NCBI GenBank assembly: GCA_030390025.1
Contig: CM059432.1
Coordinates: forward strand, 40,240,001-40,304,000
Reading direction: 5' to 3'
From: Squalus acanthias
Taxonomy: Eukaryota
Length of the DNA: 64,000 bases
Made by a program: the position numbers and the translations under genes. Below the pieces are notes generated by a model. It searched no databases. It saw nothing but the letters and a program-made list of their open reading frames with translations, and was not told the origin of the DNA. This document shows, piece by piece, positions 52,301 to 64,000 of the stretch (position 1 is the stretch's first letter; every line of letters begins with the position of its first letter).

Positions 52301-53829
52301 CAAATACCAATTTCATTCAGTTCATCCTTCTCATTAGACCCTATGTTCCCCGACATCTCTGGGAGGTTATTTGTGTCCTCCTTTGTGAAGATAGAACCAA
52401 AGTATGTATTTAATTGGTCTGCCATTTCTTTGTTCCCCATTATAAATTCCCTTGATTCTGACTGCAAGGGACCTACGCTTGACTTCACCAATCTTTTTCT
52501 CTTCACATATCTATAGAAGCTTTTACAGTCAGTTTTTATGTTCCTTGCAAGCTTGGTCTCATACTCTATTTTCCCCCTCTCAATTAATCCTTTTGTCCTC
52601 CTTTGCTGAATCCTAAACTGCTCCCAATCCTTAGGTTTGCTGCTTTTTCTGACCAATTTATATGTCCTCTCCTTGGATCTTATGCTATCCCTAATTTCCC
52701 TTGTTAGACACGGTTGAGTCACCTTTTTTGTTTTATTTTTATGCCAAACAGGGATGAACAAATTCTGTAGTTCATCCATGCAATCTGATGGAAGGTGATG
52801 CAAAGTGATGGAAGGTGTCGTCGACAATGCTATCAAGCAGCACTTACTCACCAATAACCTGCTCACTGATGCCCAGTTTGGGTTCCACCAGGACCACTTG
52901 GCTCCAGACCTCATTACAGCCTTGGTCCAAACACGGACAAAAAAGCTGAATTCCAGAGGTGAGGTGAGAGTGACTGCCCTTGACATCAAGGCAGCATTTG
53001 AATGAGTGTGGCATCAAGGAGCCCTAGTAAAACTGAAGTCAATGGGAATTGGGGGAGAAAACGCTCCACTGGCTGGAGTCATACCTAGGCCCAACCATCT
53101 TCAACTGCTTCATCAATGACCTTCCCTCCAACATAAGGTCAGAAATGGGGATGTTCGCTGATGACTGCACAGTGTTCAGTGCCATTCGCAACTCCTCAGA
53201 TAATGAAGCAGTCCATCCCGCATGCAACAAGACCTGGACGACATTCAGGCTTGGGCTGATAAGTGGCAGGTAACATTCACACCACACAAGTGCCAGGCAA
53301 GTAAGTAGGGTGATGGAATACTCTCCATTTGCCTGGATGAGTACAGCTCTAACAACACTCAAGAAGCTCGACACCATCCAGGACAAAGCAGCCTGCTTGA
53401 TTGGCATCCCTTCCACCACCTTAAACATTCACCCCCTCTACCACTGGCGTACCGTGGCTGCAGTGTGTAGCATCTATAAGATGCACTGCAGCAACTCGCC
53501 AAGGCTTCTTCGGCAGCACCTCCCAAACCTGCGACCTCTACCACCTCGAAGGACAAGGGCAGCAGGCACATGGGAACACCACCACCTCCAAGTTCCCCTC
53601 CATGTCACACACCATCCTGACTTGGAAGTATATCGCCCTTCCTTCATCGGCGCTGGATCAAAATCCTGGAACTCCCTCCCTAACAGCACTGTGGGTGTAC
53701 CTTCACCACATGGACTGCAGCGGTTCAAGAAGGCGGCTTACCACCAACATCTCAATGGCAACTAGGGATGGGCAGTAAATGCTGGCCTTGCCAGCGACGC
53801 CCACATCCCATGAACGAATAGAAAAAAAA
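49400..53829 (+). mobile_element. Non-LTR retrotransposon (endonuclease + RT + tail), nested in H and split by a CR1
   Basis: YRPPS.DES, VGDFNVHH, YRPISLLS, ALDIKAAF, FADD; tail TAGGGATGGGCAGTAAATGCTGGCC...GAATAGAAAAAAA. An extra inverted RT fragment follows at ~53830-54290. Confidence 0.9.
50682..52780 (-). mobile_element. Young 5'-truncated CR1 LINE with open RT frame
   Basis: Uninterrupted ~670-aa CR1 portion of ORF 50767-52989; near-identical to 41605-43700. Confidence 0.95.
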
Positions 53830-55692
53830 GAATACCCTGCCTCTGATCTGCTCTTTTTGCCACAGTATTTATGTGGCTGGTCCAGTTAAGTTTCTTGTCT
53901 ATGGTGACCCCTAGGATTGATAGTGAGGGATTCGGTGATGGTAATGCCATTGAAGGTCAAGGGGTGGTGGTTAGACTCTCGCTTGTTGGAGATAGTCATT
54001 GCCTGGCACTTGTGTGGTGCTCATGTTACTTGCCACTTATCAGCCCAAGCCTGAATGTCGTCCAGGTCTTGCTGCATGCACGCATAGACTGCTTCATTAT
54101 CTGAGGAGTTGCGAATGGAACGGAACACTGTGCAATCATCAGTGAACATCCCCACTTCTGACCTTATGATGGAGGGAAGGTCATTGATGAAGCACCTGAA
54201 GATGGTTTGGCCTAGGACACTGCCCTGAGGAACCCCTGCAGCGATGTCCTGGGGCTGTGTTGAATGACCTCCAACCACCACAACCATCTTCCTGATAGAT
54301 GATCACTTTCCTCAGGCAGAAGCTATTGCTCAGTCCATTTCCAGCACAGATTCTACAGGCTGCAAGTGTTTCCAGCAAAGTCTCCATCCAGTGTCACCTC
54401 ATTGGAAGAACTCTCTCACCATTGACAGAATGCTTCTATCATCTGTACTTCACCTGCCATCCATTCCATCAACATGGGTGCCATTTATACTGTCTCACCT
54501 TGGTCCTCAGAATTAGACCACGATGAGCCCCAACACCAGGAGCATCAGGCACACCAGCAGCAACAACTTTCTGTGCAATCACCTGATGCTGCACAGGACA
54601 CAGGGCCTTAGCACCTGAGCACGTTGCTGCCCGGGAGGCCAGGGATGACTTCATCATGGCCAGATTTAGTTAACTTTACGTTGCCACATGATGCGCCAGG
54701 TTGGCACCACCCCACACCAACACCATATAGCATCCCTACAATGACCAAGCCATTACTTTCACACTCATCACCATTGCAGGGGGTACCGTTATGTCTCACC
54801 ATTCACTGCAACTCAATAATCCACTTCCAAAGTTGTACACAAATCTGTCCAAGACCGGAAAGTGTTGAAAATAAAGATTTTTATGTTTGACACCACATTA
54901 ACAAAACCTTTACATAACCATTGGATAAAAAACCCAAGTGGCTTCCCTTGTGTGTTATTAATTGGTATGATTGCACTAGGGTGAGTGTGAGGGGTGGCAA
55001 GTGAGATGGGGATGTGATAATGTAGATAGAGAGAGAGGGATGGGTGGAGGTGCAAGGTATGTTGGTGTGAGTAAGGATGTGCAGGAGTAGGATAGGGAAG
55101 GCAGAGTGATGGGGATGTGATGAGAGGCACAGCAGGATGCAGTTGAGTGTGGCTTTGTACTCACGTTTCCTGATCTAATGAGATCATTGAAACATTTGTG
55201 GCACTGCACCCAGGTTCTCCTGACCACTTCCCTGCTTGTGACCTGCTCTGCAATCTGCAACCAGGCTGTCTTGGTCTTTTGGGGAGGTCTCTTCCACCCA
55301 TTGGAAGGGAAGAGGACCTCCCTATGTGCTCTGACATATGATTATGGAGGGAGTCATCGGAGAACCTGAGTGCAGCCCTCTGCCTCTGTGCAGTCATTGT
55401 CAGTGTTTGCAGCACTCCAATGCTGTAGTGCACTTACAGCACTATGTTAGATTAAACTTCAAATCTAATGTGGCTACCTACGGTCCCTTTAAATATCCCG
55501 GCTGAAAACGCATCATGATTTATGTCACCAGACCTGCTCCATTTCATTGGGCCGGGTAACGCGCTAGGCAGGCTTAATAGGCCCCATTAAGGTAAGTTCA
55601 TTTTCTACAGCGGGATGGAGCCAGCAGTGGGGTCGCGACCAACCATGGACACCATCCACACCGGACCCGCCCAGGTAGGCAAAATTCCAACC

Positions 55693-56372
55693 ATGAGTTC
55701 AAATCCCACCACGGCAGCTGGGGAACTTAAAGTCAGTTTATTAAATAAAACTGGAATAAAAAGCTAGTATCAGTAATGGTGACCATGAAGCTACCGGATT
55801 GTCGTAAAAACCCATCTGGTTCACTAATGTCCTTTAGGGAAGGAAATCTGCCATCCTTACCTGCTCTGGCCTATATGTGACTCCAGACCAACAGCAATAT
55901 GGTTGACTCTTAACTGCCCTCCGAAATGGCCTAGCAAGCCACCCAGTTAAGAAGTATACAAAGAATAAAACCGGACGGACCACCCGGCATCGACCTAGGC
56001 ACCCACTTCGAACACAACAAAGGCACTCCCAGCGCAGTCGACCCAGCAAAGTCCTCCTCACTGACATCTGGGGACTAGTGCCAAACTTGGGAGAGCTGTC
56101 CCACAGACTAGTCAAGCAATAGCCTGACATAGTCATACTCACAGAATCATACCTTTCAGCCAAAGTCCCAAACTCCTCAATTCCTGGGTATGTCCTGTCC
56201 CACCGGCAGGACAGACCCACCAGAGGTGGCGGCACAGTGGTATACAGTTGGGAGGGAGTGGCCCTGGGAGTCCTCAACATTGGCTCTGGAACCCATGAAG
56301 TCTCATCGCATCAGGTTAAACTTGGGCAAGGAAACCTCCTGCTGCTTACCACATACCACCCTGCAGCTGACA
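55693..56372 (+). mobile_element. tRNA-headed 5' end of the LINE family (head begins at ~49171, split by H)
   Basis: A box TAGCATAGTGG at 49176-49186 and B box GTTCAAATC at 55697-55705; continues into endonuclease codons (PDIVILTESYL, IPGYVLSHRQDRPTRGGG). Confidence 0.75.
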
Positions 56373-56949
56373 ATCCACTGTTCCTCTTCACGATATCAAT
56401 GGATTTCATGTGGTTCGCATCAGAAGAACTTCTGTTCCCAGGCTGCTTCTAAGCACCAGCTTAAAGCATGAAACAGGGTTACAATTAAACACTGAGAAAC
56501 ACCGATACACGTCCCTTTTATTATAACATTTAAGATTATGGGGCAATTCAGGAGACTGTACTTCTCCTTTACCATCGGATGTTCTGGTTGAAAGCTTTTC
56601 CTGATGACAACAAATTAAGTACATACTGAAAATGAGCATGGTTATTTAAGGAGTATTTTAAAATAATGTTTACATGCAACGGTACACGTTAACACGTAGA
56701 TTAAACTCTACTTCTGACAATCTGCTTGAATTTCTGTTTACATTTGGAGCCAAATCACGTTGCACGATCGGTTTGTTGTAGCTATTGGTGGGTTTTAAAT
56801 CTCCTCCCCGAAGGAGGGACTTTAAGGAGTGGGAGGCGTTTATTTAAAAAAGCCTGCAATTTGACCAAATTAAAACATTTCAAAAATGTAATTTGGCAAA
56901 GCGAACCATGTTTTGGATTAATAAAGATATTTTGATTTAGTTATATTAA

Positions 56950-57500
56950 GAAATAGTACTGTTGGGAAAAAAGTTCTATTTGTGTTCACCTGGGTGACAC
57001 AGTGCACACATGCGCATTTGATTTGTTCCCTTGTTAAAACTGTTGGCGCCGGCGCCAGCTGAGATATTTCTGAGCAGATCAGCAAGTAGGGTAAGGGCAG
57101 CAGGGAGGCTCAGCATCTGTGATAATATAAGGACTTCTCATTTTTTTTAAATGTCGATAATATTAATGATCTGGAGGAGAAAAGGAAGTAAATGGATCGA
57201 TGCGCATGACAGATTTTTTTTTAAATTCTATTAGTGGAAACTAGCGCCGATTACTTTACAGAACTGCACGCATTTTATACACCGGGTGTGTATCTGTATT
57301 AAAAATAGCTTTAGGTAGAGATAGTTCTGAGTACATTCTATGAAGACAATTAGGAAGCCTGCTAGTAAAGTTCAGTTTGGTTTTCTTTGTGGAAGATCAG
57401 TATTTTATTGGCTTGGCGGCTGGGCAGAGAAGAAGTGAGAAAGTGTCCAATCCAGGCTTTACCCGCTCTGTGTAAATTGGCGCGGAACCGGGTGGGAGAT
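56950..57500 (+). promoter_or_regulatory. CCNE2: CCNE2 promoter and probable non-coding exon 1 (donor at 57090|GTAAG) with E2F-type sites
   Basis: Local CpG enrichment; palindrome TGGCGCCGGCGCCA at 57044-57057; TTGGCGCG at 57477-57484; located ~0.8 kb upstream of the ATG exon. Confidence 0.65.
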
Positions 57501-57878
57501 AAACTAACTTTAAAATTGCAAGGAACATACTTTTCATATGTTCATATTAACCTAATTGATGAAAAATATAAAGGGCATAGATATAAATAGAAGTTTGCGA
57601 CGGGATGGCATTTTTACGAATATAATCTAAAAGTTGAAATTGACTGCTCATGCGCCCATGGCAGTTTCAAAAAATCCGTTTTGTAAAAATGCTGCTTTTA
57701 TTGAAACTTAATTTTAATCAATATCTTGTACCGTGGATTTTTAAAATATGACACTAGGTCTGGGTAGGCTGGCAGGAAGCCAATGTCATGTGGTTTATTC
57801 AATGCCTCGTTGCAAGTATCAATAGTGTACGTAATATTTTACAATTCATTTTTTAAGGGCTTTACATCAGTGAAGAGG

Positions 57879-57892
57879 ATGTCGAGGCGCAG
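57879..57892 (+). CDS. CCNE2: Cyclin E2 first coding exon (exon starts 57858)
   Basis: ATG TCG AGG CGC AG|gtgag = MSRRS; acceptor ttttaag upstream. Confidence 0.9.
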
Positions 57893-57979
57893 GTGAGACA
57901 TGCTCCTTTATTATGTTCATATACTTGGAAAAAAATGAAGAGTTTATACTTAAAAGCAATTTTGTGTGTATTAATACAG

Positions 57980-58058
57980 TGATCGTTTGCAAGCCAAGCA
58001 AGCAAAAACAGAAGAACAAAAGGATGACACTATCCAGTCAAAGAGAAGGAAACATGAA
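57980..58058 (+). CDS. CCNE2: Cyclin E2 coding exon 2
   Basis: (S)DRLQAKQAKTEEQKDDTIQSKRRKHE; tacag / gtgag; phases consistent. Confidence 0.92.
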
Positions 58059-58140
58059 GTGAGCAGTGTAAATTTATTAATATTTTAAGCAAAGTTTATT
58101 CTGGTAACTGGTTAATACAATGATAATTGATATTTTTCAG

Positions 58141-58200
58141 GAATGTATTCATAGCCATGAAACAGAAGTGAGCAAGAGAAGGCGACAGTTCCAGATACAG
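58141..58200 (+). CDS. CCNE2: Cyclin E2 coding exon 3
   Basis: ECIHSHETEVSKRRRQFQIQ; tttttcag / gtagat; 60 nt, phase 0-0. Confidence 0.85.
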
Positions 58201-59923
58201 GTAGATGGTCCATATTTACTGGAGATTATGATAGTAAGAATCTGGTATAGATGGAAAATGTTACTATGTATATACATACACATCACTTTTGTTGGTTTGG
58301 GGGCTGGGCAAAGTGAGGCAGTGTCCAATCTAGAACAGATATACTTTCTGTGTGTGTGTAATCTGGTATTATTGATATTAAATTTTTCACCTTGTATATT
58401 CTTTTTGATTGTATTTAGCATTTCTTTTGTATTGTACAGTAGGTAATGCAAGGTGACTTTAAAATAAGTCTTTGAATATTGAAGATGAACAGGCGGTATT
58501 CGGGGATATCCCGTCCACTGTTGTACCAGATAACAGCATTTCCAAAAAAAAAGTAGTGGAGTTTGGGAAGAGGGGAGGACCTCACTGGAACAATTGATAT
58601 TTTACTGTATTTGAATATCCTTAATATTTTTGCTACAACATAATGACAAAGTATGACAAAGTAAATGAATCTCTCATTAATGGCCTCAGTAGTGGTCTAA
58701 TTTGCTGCTCACTGATGGCTGTGTGGCAAATGAATTGTCCTTGGCTGCAGCACGGAGTTTGCGCGCTGCCAGACAGCCGGTTCCTGCTTCTTGTGGGAGG
58801 TGCTTGTTCGCGGCGCGCCCGCCTTGTATGAACTCTGTCTTTTTGTTTCAATTATAGCCACTAGAATTTAAAATGAAGAAAATCAAGAAACCAGACAATC
58901 TCTATAAATCTATTTTTTTTAAATAGCCAGAAATACACACACTGCATCCTTTTTGTGCTTGCTTTACTGGTGGCTGATCTTTGAGCAGTCGTGTTAATTC
59001 AGACTGAGCTTTGGGTGCAGGATAACTAAGGGCTTTTACATTATCGTGCCGTCCAGGAAATGCAGAAATGTATTTATTGGGGAAAATGTTCATCGCGTCC
59101 CAGGGTTTTAATTTAAGACGTGGCATTAGAAATCGGCGTTTTGTCGGACGTGTCGCCAAGGTTTCTTGCAGCTAACTTTCCTGCCTAGTAAAAGTCTGCA
59201 AAATGATACATTATTCACTGCAAGGGTAACCCGTGTGAATGTTGGATGAAACAGTGAAATCGGGGGGTGGAAATGTCTAAATTTACGTGTTAAATTAAGA
59301 CGGAAATGAATAAACGCGGGAAGTTTTCCCTCGCAAACGTGTTTAAAAAAAGGCAGTGGAATCTGCCTGAACTGTTACTGAAATTCTGGCCATGGCTAGA
59401 GGAGGGGGGGGGGGCTCTCTTTGCGCAGGGGGTTTCTTCACTCCAGATCGCTGCTGGCCCAGTCAAATCTTGGACCTAGTAATGCTACACTATTTGCTTT
59501 TTGAAGATTACTCCATTATTTTAAGTGTTATTGCTGTTAATCAGTTTTAAAAGGTCCCATAATTCTGTATAGCTTTACTGACATATTCTGCAGTAACTTT
59601 AAAACAATACTTCAAGAGCTTTTGAGTTCTAATTCTGACTTGCAGTAAACTAAGCATTGCGGGTTAGTGCGTGCTGTTGAACTTATTTTTAATCTGTAGT
59701 CGAATTAGTTTCATCATGGAGGGGAAATGAATGCTGTAGTATTATTTGCCTTTATAAATTAACAGTATTGCACCATCTACTGAGACCTGCAGAGGGAGCA
59801 CTTTCTTAACAATCTGTATGAAAGTAAAGTTTGGTTCTTCTATATGGGTGCTATGTCATCTGGTCAGAGCTCTAATTAATTCATTTTAATTATGATAATG
59901 ACAAATATATTTCTCTTTGACAG

Positions 59924-60078
59924 AGTTGCTGGACACCCATAGTACCTGGAGGAGTTGGTCCTTGCATCCTTATCCCCACACCACACAAAGAGACTGATAT
60001 CACTGAAGACTTCTCCAGGTTCACAAAATATAGGTTTAAAAACCTGTTCCTAACCAAATCACCACTACCGCCTCTCAG
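59924..60078 (+). CDS. CCNE2: Cyclin E2 coding exon 4
   Basis: SCWTPIVPGGVGPCILIPTPHKETDITEDFSRFTKYRFKNLFLTKSPLPPL(S); gacag / gtgagt. Confidence 0.95.
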
Positions 60079-61468
60079 GTGAGTATCTTAACATGTCAGA
60101 TCAAGTGCAGTATTTGAATGTCCAGCCAATTAGGTATTTATCCCAATGTTTTTTCACCAAGTGTACATGTGTTCTATATGGAAATGTAAGTAAATGATCT
60201 CCATTCAACAAGGTATGAAGATTAAATTCTGATACAACCAAAGCTTTGTTTTCCCAAACTTATTATTTGTCCCCTATTTTGTTGATGTAGGATGCAGATT
60301 TGTGCTCCTGATTTTAGTAAGCTTGTTTTTAGGTGGAGGTGCTGTGCACAGGCCAAGCACTTTCTCATTGGATGGCATTCTTTCCTTGCTGGTCTCTTTG
60401 CAAGTGGCTTTAAAGGGTGGCATTGCCTGATGTTTCTTGACAACGTTGTACTTAAATGACTGAATGGAAGAAAAGTGTTCCGATGGGAAGGCAGCTCAAT
60501 GAATTTGTTCTCCCTCCCTTCCCAGTTCTCTTCCCCCCCCCCCCCCCCCCCCTCTCCTGAAGTTGCTGACTTATGTTGGGATATTTGTGTTTCACCAGTG
60601 CTGGCAACTCTCCATTACCTCACCAAATGGGTGAGTGTCTGCAGGCTTTTTCATCCTGGGGCATCACAACAGTATCCAATGACAATCAGCAATAGGAACT
60701 CTTGACTTTTTTTCCCCCACACTCTCACTTCCTTAGCTTGAGAACTGAGGTCATTTGCAGCTATCCAATTGCTAACTGCACAAACCAGCAATTGCACCTG
60801 GGACCTTCTGCTCTGTATGGCTTGATATCCCATCATGTAGCATATTTACCCATTAAGTTATTAGGGAATGCAGGTATGTTTTCAAACTCTTAGGGTTTTC
60901 TACAATTCTCCAATATAATGACTAGGAATTTCTAAATATACTAGTGAGTAATGTCATGGTTATCTAATCTCTAATTTAATATGCTGCTGTTTTATTTTTT
61001 TTTAAGTTATCAGGTTTTTTTTTGCAATTTACATCTTTATAAACTGGTTGCTATCAACATTCAATCTTCCATCTGTTGGAAATTCTTCATTTTCCCCCCT
61101 CCCCATGTGGAATAGGAACCAGCCAGATTTGTGTGTATTTTTATATTTATATATGCACAATATATATTACTCTTTTTAAGCTGAAGACAGTTTTGGCACC
61201 CAGGGCTATATTGTGCCTTGCTAGGTTAAATAAAACACAACTATTCAGCCCTAAGAAAGTACATAACTCCTACCTTGGATAAATACCCCCACTGAACCTA
61301 TGACTTTTCCATTACTAGCTTGCTCTGATCTATCTGAGTTAGATTGCCAATGTAATGCTGACTCATGAGCAGTTTGTATTGTAGGAACTGGGCTGAAACT
61401 GTCCCACCTATTTTACATGAAACCGTTACAGCAAACAGGTATCATTTTATCCCAGCATCAAAAAAAGA

Positions 61469-61920
61469 CTTACATTTATATAGCGCCTTTCACGACCACC
61501 GGACATCTCAAAGCGCTTTACAGCCAATGAAGTACTTTTGGAGTGTAGTCACTGTTGTAATGTGGGAAACGCGGCAGCCAATTTGCGCACAGCAAGCTCC
61601 CACAAACAGCAATGTGATAATGACCAGATAATCTGTTTTTGTTATGTTGATTGAGGGATAAGTATTGGCCAGGACACCGAGGATAACTCCCCTGCTCTTC
61701 TTTGAAATAGTGCCATGGGATCTTTTACGTCCACCTGAGAGCAGACGGGGCCTCGGTTTAACGTTTCTTCTGAAAGATGGCATCTCCGACAGTGCAGCAC
61801 TCCCTCAATACCGCACTGGAGTGTCAGCCTAGCTTTATGTGCTCAAGTCCCTGGAGTGGGACTTGAACCCACAACCTTCTGACTCGGGCAAGTGTGCTAC
61901 CAATTGAGCCACAGCTGACA
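61469..61920 (-). mobile_element. tRNA-derived Deu-domain SINE (SacSINE1/AmnSINE-related) with L2-like tail
   Basis: On - strand: A box TGGCTCAATTGG, B box GGTTCAAGTC, Deu-like core (CAGTGC...GAGGGAGTGCTGCACTGTCGGAG), tail AAAGGCGCTATATAAATGT. Confidence 0.8.
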
Positions 61921-62707
61921 TTTGAACTCCATTTGCAGAAGTGAAAGTTTTCAAACACTCCATGATACCCAGTCCCTCAGGCTGGGGAGGACCCAAACTA
62001 TTGCGGCTTAGGTGTGTACAATGAAGTCCTGGGAGTGGGGGGAGCTTACACAAAGTTCAAATCCATACCCTAGGGCCTATAAATTCAAACCGGTCAAATC
62101 AGCAAATAAGAAATAAGCATAAATAGGATTGAAAGGCCTAGGCTTTGTGGGCTGGGTTGCTGGGGCTCATGAGCTGCATGTGGTTTTCGGGCCATTGTGA
62201 ATCTGGTAGGCAGAATAGCGGAAGTGACGGAAATGATGAAAGTAAGGTGAAGCCTCTGGATTTGGAGACAATGCGGGAATCTTGGAAACGCAGAGCTTCT
62301 GGACATTGTGAAGGCATGGAAATTCTTGGACCAGCTCAGACTGAGTGGGCTGATGTTTACGACCTGGAGCTGATGGATGGATCTTAAGAGATTTGAATAG
62401 GAAAGGAAGGAATCTTAAATGTGAAGCAGGCTGGTCAAAGGGGGAAAAATTCTAGAAACCAGGAGCTTCTGGGTACTGCAGAGATGGCAGAATTTTCACT
62501 GACCCAGGGGTGGGGGATCTCTGATATAAAGCAAGGGGGGTGGGGGCAGCCATCTTTTTTAATATAAAACACTTGGCGAATGGTATGTGAAAACATTGTC
62601 AGCAGCTCCTTCAGAGTTCTGAAATATCAGCATCTAAATGCTATCCTAGGAATTCTGATACGTCATCTGCTGTCTTTATAACTTACTTTAAATGTTTTTA
62701 TTTGTAG

Positions 62708-62843
62708 CTGGGGAAACTCTGAAGATGTGTGGTCTAATATGTTGAAAAAGGAAATCAAGTATACCCACGACAAAAATGTCCTCTCGCTACACCCGTCCTT
62801 GCAGCCAAAAATGAGAGCAATTTTACTGGATTGGCTGATAGAG
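62708..62843 (+). CDS. CCNE2: Cyclin E2 coding exon 5 (start of cyclin box); gene continues beyond the window
   Basis: [45 protein letters not shown] with the MRAIL motif; tttgtag / gttagt. Confidence 0.96.
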
Positions 62844-63039
62844 GTTAGTCATCATTACAAACCCTTATGTGCAGACGTTGCTATATAATCGTCACTTGAT
62901 CCTGGACCAGAATCCTTCAGCATTCTTAGCTGCCTAAAGCTAAAAGCCTAAGTAACTCTGATATAACAAGTGTATTGCTGCACTTGTTTTAACAAAGCCT
63001 GGATTTAAGGAATCAAGCTTCTGCCTTCAGGAGTTTAAG

Positions 63040-64000
63040 AACATTAGAAATAGGAGCTGGAGTAGGCCATTTGGCCCTTCGAGCCTGCTCCGCCATTCAG
63101 TAAGATCATGGCTGATCTTCTACCTCATCTGCATGATCCCCATATCCCTTGATTCTCTTAATATTCAAAAATCTATCGATCTCTGTCTTGACTATACTCA
63201 ACAACTGAGTCTCCACAGCCCTCTGGGGTAGAGAATTCCAAAGTTTCACCATCCTCTGAGTGAAGAAATTTCTCCTCATTGCAGTCCTACATGGCTGACC
63301 CTTCATTCTGAGACTGTGACCCCTGGTTCTAGACTCCCCAGCCAGGGGAAAACATCCTCCCTGCATCTACCCTGTCAAGCCCTGTAAGCATTTTGTATGT
63401 TTCAATGCGATCACCTCTCATTCTTCTAAACTTTAGGCCTAGTCTACTCAATCTCTCCTTGTAGGACAATCCCCCCATCCCAGAAACCAGTATGGTGAAT
63501 CTTCGTTGCACTCCCTCTGTGGGTAAGGAGAGCAAAACTGTACACCATACTCCAGGTGTGGTCTCACCAGGGCCCTATATAATTGCAGTAAGATGTCTTT
63601 ACTCTTATACTCAAATCCTCTTGTAATAAAGGCCAACATACCATTTGCTTTCCTAATTGCTTGCTGTACCTCCATGTTAACTTTCAGTGATTTGTGTACA
63701 AGGACACCCAGGTCCCTCTGAACACCAACATTTCCCAATCTCTCACCATTTAAAAAATTATTTGCTTTTCTATTTTTCCTACCAAAATGGATAACTTCAC
63801 ATTTCTCCACATTATATTCCATTAGCCTGTCTATATCCCCTTGAAGCCTCTTTACATCCTCCTCGCAACTTACATTCCCACCCAGCTTTGTATCATCAGC
63901 AAACTTGGATGTATTACATTTGGTCCCCTCATCCAAATCACTGATGTAGATTGTGAATAGCTGAGGCCCAAGCACTGATCCTTGCGGTACCCCACTAGAT
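63040..64000 (-). mobile_element. CR1 LINE RT/3' fragment in CCNE2 intron
   Basis: GVPQGSVLGP, FADDTKL, LVRPHLEY and the CR1 tail on the - strand. Confidence 0.93.

Larger units (their letters stand above)
49240..55692. mobile_element. Harbinger copy H (divergent subfamily) swollen by nested LINEs
   Basis: Ends GGCCGGAATTTT / AAAATTCCAACC with exact TSD ATG. Transposase remnant at ~54470-54675 (...AAREARDDFIMARFS-stop); Myb exon on - from 55397 (RFSDDSL...W.QIAEQV...RTWVQCHKCFNDL). Confidence 0.82.

Noticed and set aside
50767..52989. 740-aa novel protein or fully autonomous LINE
   Set aside because: The first ~70 aa are antisense read-through of the host LINE; the rest is a CR1 ORF2 lacking its endonuclease.

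Overview
Repeat-rich vertebrate DNA, very probably from a shark or other elasmobranch (HE1/V-type SINE, Deu-type SINE, abundant CR1 LINEs, Penelope-derived hairpins). Two host genes lie on the + strand in the human 8q22 order. The first is the 3' half of TP53INP1 (coding exons 3417-3759 and 18439-18688, ~2.5-kb 3'UTR). The second is the 5' half of CCNE2/cyclin E2 (E2F-type promoter near 57.0 kb, five coding exons 57879-62843). The TP53INP1 intron and the ~36-kb intergenic interval are filled with nested transposons. These are dominated by about eight decayed copies of a two-gene PIF/Harbinger system: a single-exon HARBI1-like DDE transposase facing a three-exon Myb/SANT gene with a long low-complexity, helical tail, with GG(G/C)CT(A/G)GA(A/T)(A/T)TT-like TIRs, 3-bp TSDs and related MITEs. 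Other notable items are a hairpin conserved in structure near the transposase-side end of the Harbingers, a TIR/TSD-bounded composite element carrying an intronless DNAJA2 fragment, an 82-bp-arm palindromic insertion with a minimal hammerhead-ribozyme motif on both strands, and a LINE family apparently headed by a tRNA-like Pol III promoter. All calls come from reading the sequence by eye; no database search was run and TE boundaries are approximate unless TIR/TSD are given.
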